The notes below the pieces were generated by a model that searched no databases, was not told the origin of the DNA, and saw only the letters and a program-made list of their open reading frames with translations. Positions 7,338 to 10,491 of a DNA stretch of 10,491 nt are shown one piece after another. This DNA comes from a virus. Taxonomy: Duplodnaviria > Heunggongvirae > Uroviricota > Caudoviricetes. The DNA lies in IMG/VR virus record IMGVR_UViG_2690316028_000010; one strand, 5' to 3'. Both the position numbers and the translations under genes were made by a program. Within the stretch, counting starts at the first letter, position 1, and each line of letters starts with the position of its first letter.

Positions 7338-7952
7338 TTAATAACTCCAGATAAAAGGTGTAGTGAGGGTGAGCGCTTCGGAATAGGAGACGTTGCAGGC
7401 TTCGCTTACATCCTTTATTAAAAGGTGCTGCGCTGCCCTCTGGCTGTCGGCTATGCCGTCGAGCTCTGAGAAATAAACGTGTGATTCATTGTGACCAAAA
7501 CAAACCGGGTAAGCGCTTTCCATAAACTCCACCTGCTCAAGCCCCTTTACGGCTGGCGGCTGTGCGCCGAGAAAACCAATATGGCGAAGATACCAGGCAC
7601 CAGTTCCGGCCGGGTTACGCGCTTCTCCCGGCCTGTAGAAAGCGGCAGACACTTTTTTATATAGACCTGACTGAACCATATCCAGCAACCTGTTATCAGG
7701 CTTAACCAGCGCGAAAAGTCTGCCGTTTTTACTTATCAGTCCGGTGGTTTCACCATAGGCGGGACTGTTACTGGCCGGATGCCCCAGGCACAGCGGCGCA
7801 CCATAACCCGCGCGATGATAGCCGTTATAGGCTGCTGCCATGTTGTCGATATCCTCGTCGGAAAAGCTGATTTCCTGCCCCGCCATCGCGGTATGTGTTC
7901 CCGCCCGGAATATCTCAATAGTTTTCCAGTTACCAATATTGATATCTGTCAT
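7338..7952 (-). CDS. putative GPO-family prohead protease / capsid scaffolding protein, N-terminal protease-like domain, 204 aa
   Basis: ATG 7952-7950; stop TAA 7340-7338. Recalled resemblance to P2 gpO N-terminus: 'FRAGTHTAMAGQEISFSDEDIDNMAAAY' vs gpO 'FRIGVEGDTCDGRVISAQDIQEMAETF', and 'LCLGH' vs gpO 'INLEH'. Shorter than P2 gpO (~284 aa). Confidence 0.55.
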   Translation of the reverse strand: MTDINIGNWKTIEIFRAGTHTAMAGQEISFSDEDIDNMAAAYNGYHRAGYGAPLCLGHPASNSPAYGETTGLISKNGRLFALVKPDNRLLDMVQSGLYKKVSAAFYRPGEARNPAGTGAWYLRHIGFLGAQPPAVKGLEQVEFMESAYPVCFGHNESHVYFSELDGIADSQRAAQHLLIKDVSEACNVSYSEALTLTTPFIWSY

Positions 7953-7953
7953 T

Positions 7954-8481
7954 TTATATTTGTCCCTGTTTCATATCGCGGCACTCTTTGTTTTTCTTAC
8001 GCTCGGCGGCAATAATCTGATAAATCCACTGAATAGAATTGCCATATTTCCTGGCTAATTCCCGATGAGTCATCCCTTGTTTGTAATCGGAAAATATCCT
8101 GGCATTTCTGTCGAAAGAGTTTCTGGCTGCGCCATTAGGTATATAGAAATTGTTACCTTTAAAGACCCTTCTAAGGTGTTCTGTAATTTCCGGGGAAATG
8201 ATTTCGGCCTGAGCCGAAAAGCAATGTATTGTAAGCAAAGCCTGCGCTATCACACCTGTAAGCTCATGCAGAAAAGATGTTGCTTTAGGGGCGTCTTCAC
8301 ATTCTATTGGCATGTAATTCTGGCAACCACCAAGATTATCAGATATATGCAAAACAATTTTATTTGCTGCACTACTTGCCTGAAGTTGTGAATAGCCCGC
8401 ATCAGTCAGAAAATCTTCAATCGCATCCCCCATTTCCCCCAGAGTGTCAGATGTTGCGTACAATCCCTCTCTTGTAATCAT
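7954..8481 (-). CDS. Mor/C-family transcriptional activator (Mu middle/late activator family), ~175 aa from ATG 8481
   Basis: C-terminal region matches the Mor pattern: 'NFYIPNGAARNSF' (cf. Mor 'QVYIPRG'), 'RIFSDYKQGMTHRELARKYGNSIQWIYQIIAAERKK' (HTH). ATG 8481-8479 has SD 'gagg' ~7 nt upstream; the ORF-track start at 8487 is a GTG too close to the SD. Stop TAA 7956-7954, 1 nt before the next gene's start. Confidence 0.75.
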   Translation of the reverse strand: MITREGLYATSDTLGEMGDAIEDFLTDAGYSQLQASSAANKIVLHISDNLGGCQNYMPIECEDAPKATSFLHELTGVIAQALLTIHCFSAQAEIISPEITEHLRRVFKGNNFYIPNGAARNSFDRNARIFSDYKQGMTHRELARKYGNSIQWIYQIIAAERKKNKECRDMKQGQI

Positions 8482-8509
8482 AATCACACCTCGGTAATGA
8501 TAAAGATGT

Positions 8510-8614
8510 GCGCTAAAAAGGCTTTATAAAGCTTTATGAGGCGTCTTTCTGGTGACAAATCAGCACATACACCATTAACGCTTTAAAATGGCTTACAGGC
8601 TTTTTTAGCGCGGG
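8510..8614. promoter_or_regulatory. regulatory region upstream of the Mor-like gene: 12-bp palindrome, tandem 'gctttat' and flanking 10-bp inverted repeats
   Basis: 'ataaagctttat' perfect palindrome at 8526-8537; 'gctttat' at 8521-8527 and 8531-8537. 'gcgctaaaaa' (8510-8519) is the inverse of 'tttttagcgc' (8602-8611). Promoter hexamers not confidently assigned. Confidence 0.35.
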
Positions 8615-8681
8615 TTACTAATGTGGATTAAGAATATGGTTTTGGGGCGGGGATGTTTTTTAATGTACTTTAGATATGAAG

Positions 8682-8703
8682 AAGCCCCTCAGAGGAGGGG
8701 CTT
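8682..8703. terminator. GC-rich hairpin (9-bp stem, 4-nt loop) immediately downstream of the 96-aa gene; candidate intrinsic terminator
   Basis: 'aagcccctc' (8682-8690) pairs perfectly with 'gaggggctt' (8695-8703), loop 'agag'. Sits 17 nt past the TAA at 8722-8720; the flanking run on the minus-strand transcript is only moderately U-rich. Confidence 0.45.
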
Positions 8704-8719
8704 GCGGGATTACGCCAGA

Positions 8720-9010
8720 TTATTGAGGTCGTCTGTCTTTCCTCAATCCATCAAGTAGCGCCATGGCATCAGTAACCAGTATGCCAGCAGCATCCGTAAC
8801 CATCGAAACATCAGAGGATGCACATGATTTATCCATACCTAATGTTGACGCAAAATCAAGTAGCTTACGAACTGCGTCAAGTCGATAGGTGGCAGAGTCG
8901 TAAATTAACTCCTGATTAGCATCAGTCTTTAAAAACATAATATCATCAGAGGCACCTTGCGAAAATGACGGCATCGCACGGAAAGTATTTTGAGTTTCAG
9001 CCTGTTTCAT
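8720..9010 (-). CDS. hypothetical protein, 96 aa
   Basis: ATG 9010-9008 overlaps the upstream gene's TGA (ATGA, coupling); SD 'ggagg' ~8 nt upstream; stop TAA 8722-8720. Confidence 0.5.
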   Translation of the reverse strand: MKQAETQNTFRAMPSFSQGASDDIMFLKTDANQELIYDSATYRLDAVRKLLDFASTLGMDKSCASSDVSMVTDAAGILVTDAMALLDGLRKDRRPQ

Positions 9011-9744
9011 TGTGCAGTCCTCCGGCTAATAGCGAATTTATTATAAACTTCATAACTGGCAGCATTCAGTCCGGGGTTGTATTTATCAGCCAGAGCACAG
9101 GCAATCATATGTTCAATAAATTTTGTTATTGCGTTAAGTTCAGTTTCGTTTGAATAACGCAATGCCACTTTGAGTAACTCGCGGCAATATTGTTTTTTAT
9201 TCCCTTCGATTTGGCCTGATTTTTTTATTCCTGCCTTTTTATCTGATTCATCCTCAACAGGCAAAGATGGGATATCCTCTTTATTGGTTAGCGTTCTTTC
9301 GCAAATAATATCTTCACCAGATTGAATTACGCGCTGCAACTCTCTGGCGCTCATACGAAGAATATCATCAAGCGTGTGGTCGTTATATGCCCCACCACTG
9401 GCAAGGAGATCCAGTGTCACTTCATCCAGCCGGGCAAGCAGGTTTAACTTCGTTTTGCCGATACTTGTTTTGGCAATTGCGGCTCGGGGGGTATTGGTTA
9501 CGCCAAATATCAGAGCAACCCGCATAGCATTATGGGCTTCACGTTTATTAATTCCCCCCACTGAAAGCGCCTTTGCAAATTCCTCATTTGTTTTTGTTGC
9601 TTCCTTAAGTGCCAGCATCTCTTTACCACGATGCACTAAAGTTTCAGTCGGGGTTGGCAAAAGGAGTACAGCATCTAAAATTTTTTCCCGAAGTACATCA
9701 ACTTGGCTTGCGATGCATGAACGGTTAGACTTGTTGATACCCAT
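9007..9744 (-). CDS. hypothetical protein, ~245 aa from ATG 9744 (ORF track begins at TTG 9765); candidate early/regulatory protein
   Basis: ATG 9744-9742 preceded by SD 'gagga' ~9 nt upstream; stop TGA 9009-9007. Acidic/Lys-rich linker mid-protein; no P-loop or other catalytic motif recognised. Divergent from the RHH gene. Confidence 0.5.
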   Translation of the reverse strand: MGINKSNRSCIASQVDVLREKILDAVLLLPTPTETLVHRGKEMLALKEATKTNEEFAKALSVGGINKREAHNAMRVALIFGVTNTPRAAIAKTSIGKTKLNLLARLDEVTLDLLASGGAYNDHTLDDILRMSARELQRVIQSGEDIICERTLTNKEDIPSLPVEDESDKKAGIKKSGQIEGNKKQYCRELLKVALRYSNETELNAITKFIEHMIACALADKYNPGLNAASYEVYNKFAISRRTAQ

Positions 9745-9774
9745 GATTGTTATCCTCAATAACAATGGTGGTCA

Positions 9775-9809
9775 GGCAGGATGTGATACTGAACCTATCA
9801 TGTCCTGCC
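9775..9809. promoter_or_regulatory. imperfect dyad symmetry (13-bp arms, 11/13 matching, 9-bp spacer) upstream of the 245-aa gene
   Basis: 'ggcaggatgtgat' (9775-9787) vs 'atcatgtcctgcc' (9797-9809). Could be an operator or a 5'-UTR hairpin of the minus-strand transcript. Confidence 0.3.
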
Positions 9810-9840
9810 GCTTGCGGTTTTACATCTACTTAATGTAATG

Positions 9841-9877
9841 TACGTACCATTGATTTCAATCTAAACAATGGTACGTA
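9841..9877. promoter_or_regulatory. perfect 12-bp inverted repeat with 13-bp spacer (candidate operator) overlapping the RHH gene start codon
   Basis: 'tacgtaccattg' (9841-9852) and its exact reverse complement 'caatggtacgta' (9866-9877). The right arm covers the ATG at 9868-9870. Located in the divergent promoter region. Confidence 0.55.
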
Positions 9878-10071
9878 TCATGTCAAGAGTAAAAGATAAC
9901 ACGCCTAAAAATTCCGCAGGGCGTTCCCCGACCTTCCAAATACGTATTACACCTGAACTTAGGGAACAGCTTGATAAAGAAGCTCTTAAAGATGGTGTAA
10001 GTTTGGCCAATTGGCTCAAAGGCATTGCACGAGATGAACTACGCAGGAGAGGTATTTCTCCAAAAGGGTAG
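9868..10071 (+). CDS. ribbon-helix-helix (Arc/MetJ-like) DNA-binding protein, 67 aa; putative repressor
   Basis: 'FQIRITPELREQLDKEALKDGVSLANWLKGIARDEL' fits the RHH beta-strand plus two helices (cf. Arc 'FNLRWPREVLDLVRKVAEENGRSVNSEIYQRVMESF'). ATG 9868 (alternative ATG 9880), both with weak SD; stop TAG 10069-10071. Confidence 0.6.
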   Translation: MVRIMSRVKDNTPKNSAGRSPTFQIRITPELREQLDKEALKDGVSLANWLKGIARDELRRRGISPKG

Positions 10072-10086
10072 GGCTAATCAGGTACA

Positions 10087-10476
10087 AAAAGCGAAAACGT
10101 TTTCGCTTTTATGGCTAAGAGAGCGGATGCACTCATTAAAGCGGACAGCGCTGTCCGCCTCCAATCAGCAAAAAAACAAGATGGTTCCTCCAAAACGCTC
10201 AACGTTGAGCGTTACGTTATTCCGACAAAAGCGCAGGCGCTTGCGCTTTTGAAAGGGATCAACACGGCTTTCAAACCGGACAACGTTGACCGCTTTAAGG
10301 AATCACTGTCGGCTGAGCAAAAACGGCAAGCGCTTGCCGTTTTAGATTCGCGGGGCGGTAAACGTTTACCGTTCTGTGTCAATTATGTTCAAAAGCGAAA
10401 GCGCTTTCGCATTTTCTCACCTAAAGCGGCAAACCTCCTCTGTCTTAGCTGGAAAAACGACATCGCTGTCGTTTTT
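10087..10476. repeat. array of eight hairpin-capable palindromes of one family (A-tract, CG-rich core, T-tract)
   Basis: P1 10087-10110 aaaagcgaaaac|gttttcgctttt (perfect, 24 bp); P2 10141-10158 gcggacagc|gctgtccgc (perfect); P3 10194-10213 aacgctcaac|gttgagcgtt (perfect); P4 10227-10250 (1 mismatch); P5 10320-10343 aaaacggcaagc|gcttgccgtttt (perfect); P6 10356-10371 cggtaaac|gtttaccg (perfect); P7 10391-10414 (1 mismatch); P8 10453-10476 aaaaacgaca-tcgc-tgtcgttttt. Symmetry kept while sequence differs between copies. Confidence 0.85.
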
Positions 10477-10491
10477 AATCCGAGGTTCTAA
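10111..10491 (+). CDS. ORF of 126 aa overlapping the palindrome array; coding status doubtful
   Basis: ATG 10111 directly after palindrome P1, stop TAA 10489-10491 at window end. Repeated peptide motifs (KAQALALL, KRQALAVL, KRKRFRIF) are direct consequences of the DNA palindromes, so the frame may be open by chance. Confidence 0.3.
   Translation: MAKRADALIKADSAVRLQSAKKQDGSSKTLNVERYVIPTKAQALALLKGINTAFKPDNVDRFKESLSAEQKRQALAVLDSRGGKRLPFCVNYVQKRKRFRIFSPKAANLLCLSWKNDIAVVFNPRF

Noticed and set aside
7334-7340. Possible programmed frameshift or readthrough fusing the 204-aa and 197-aa genes
   Set aside because: The junction is stop-1nt-start (taaAATG) with an SD for the downstream gene and no slippery heptamer; ordinary coupled reinitiation is the simpler explanation.
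8065-8391. 108-aa plus-strand ORF antisense to the Mor-like gene
   Set aside because: Cys/Phe-rich odd composition; the Mor-like frame on the minus strand carries a recognisable family signature.
9374-9838. 154-aa plus-strand ORF antisense to the 245-aa gene and spanning the divergent promoter region
   Set aside because: Ser/Arg/Leu-rich low-complexity translation; runs through a region with operator-like dyads; no RBS.
10087-10476. CRISPR array
   Set aside because: The repeats are individually palindromic and differ from each other rather than being identical direct repeats with unique spacers; no leader or cas genes seen.
1-10491. tRNA or tmRNA fragment marking an attachment site, or integrase/transposase genes
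   Set aside because: No cloverleaf-compatible sequence or T-arm motif, and no recombinase-like ORF found by eye. Absence in this window does not exclude them nearby.

Overview
Mosaic, phage-derived region in three blocks; all protein calls are from motif recognition by eye, with no database search run. (1) Left ~1.9 kb, AT-rich: a 259-aa ORF on the minus strand, a translationally coupled 75-aa + 152-aa membrane-anchored pair, and a 72-aa ORF preceded by a G9 tract. This looks like accessory cargo and is the best place in the window for an undescribed defence or exclusion function. (2) Centre ~6 kb, GC-richer, two convergent operons. Plus strand: 115-aa ORF, a putative HK97-fold major-capsid-like protein, then an HNH endonuclease. 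Minus strand: Mor/C-family activator, GPO-type prohead protease/scaffold N-domain, a 197-aa coiled-coil protein, then an 827-aa tail tape-measure protein, with no tail genes after it. (3) Right ~1.8 kb: coupled 245-aa + 96-aa genes, a divergent ribbon-helix-helix (Arc/MetJ-like) gene with a perfect 12-bp inverted-repeat operator, and a dense array of eight hairpin-capable palindromes. No rRNA, tRNA, CRISPR array, integrase or transposase was recognised. The gene content fits neither a complete P2-, Mu- nor lambda-like prophage, so a phage satellite or a decayed mosaic prophage are both open.
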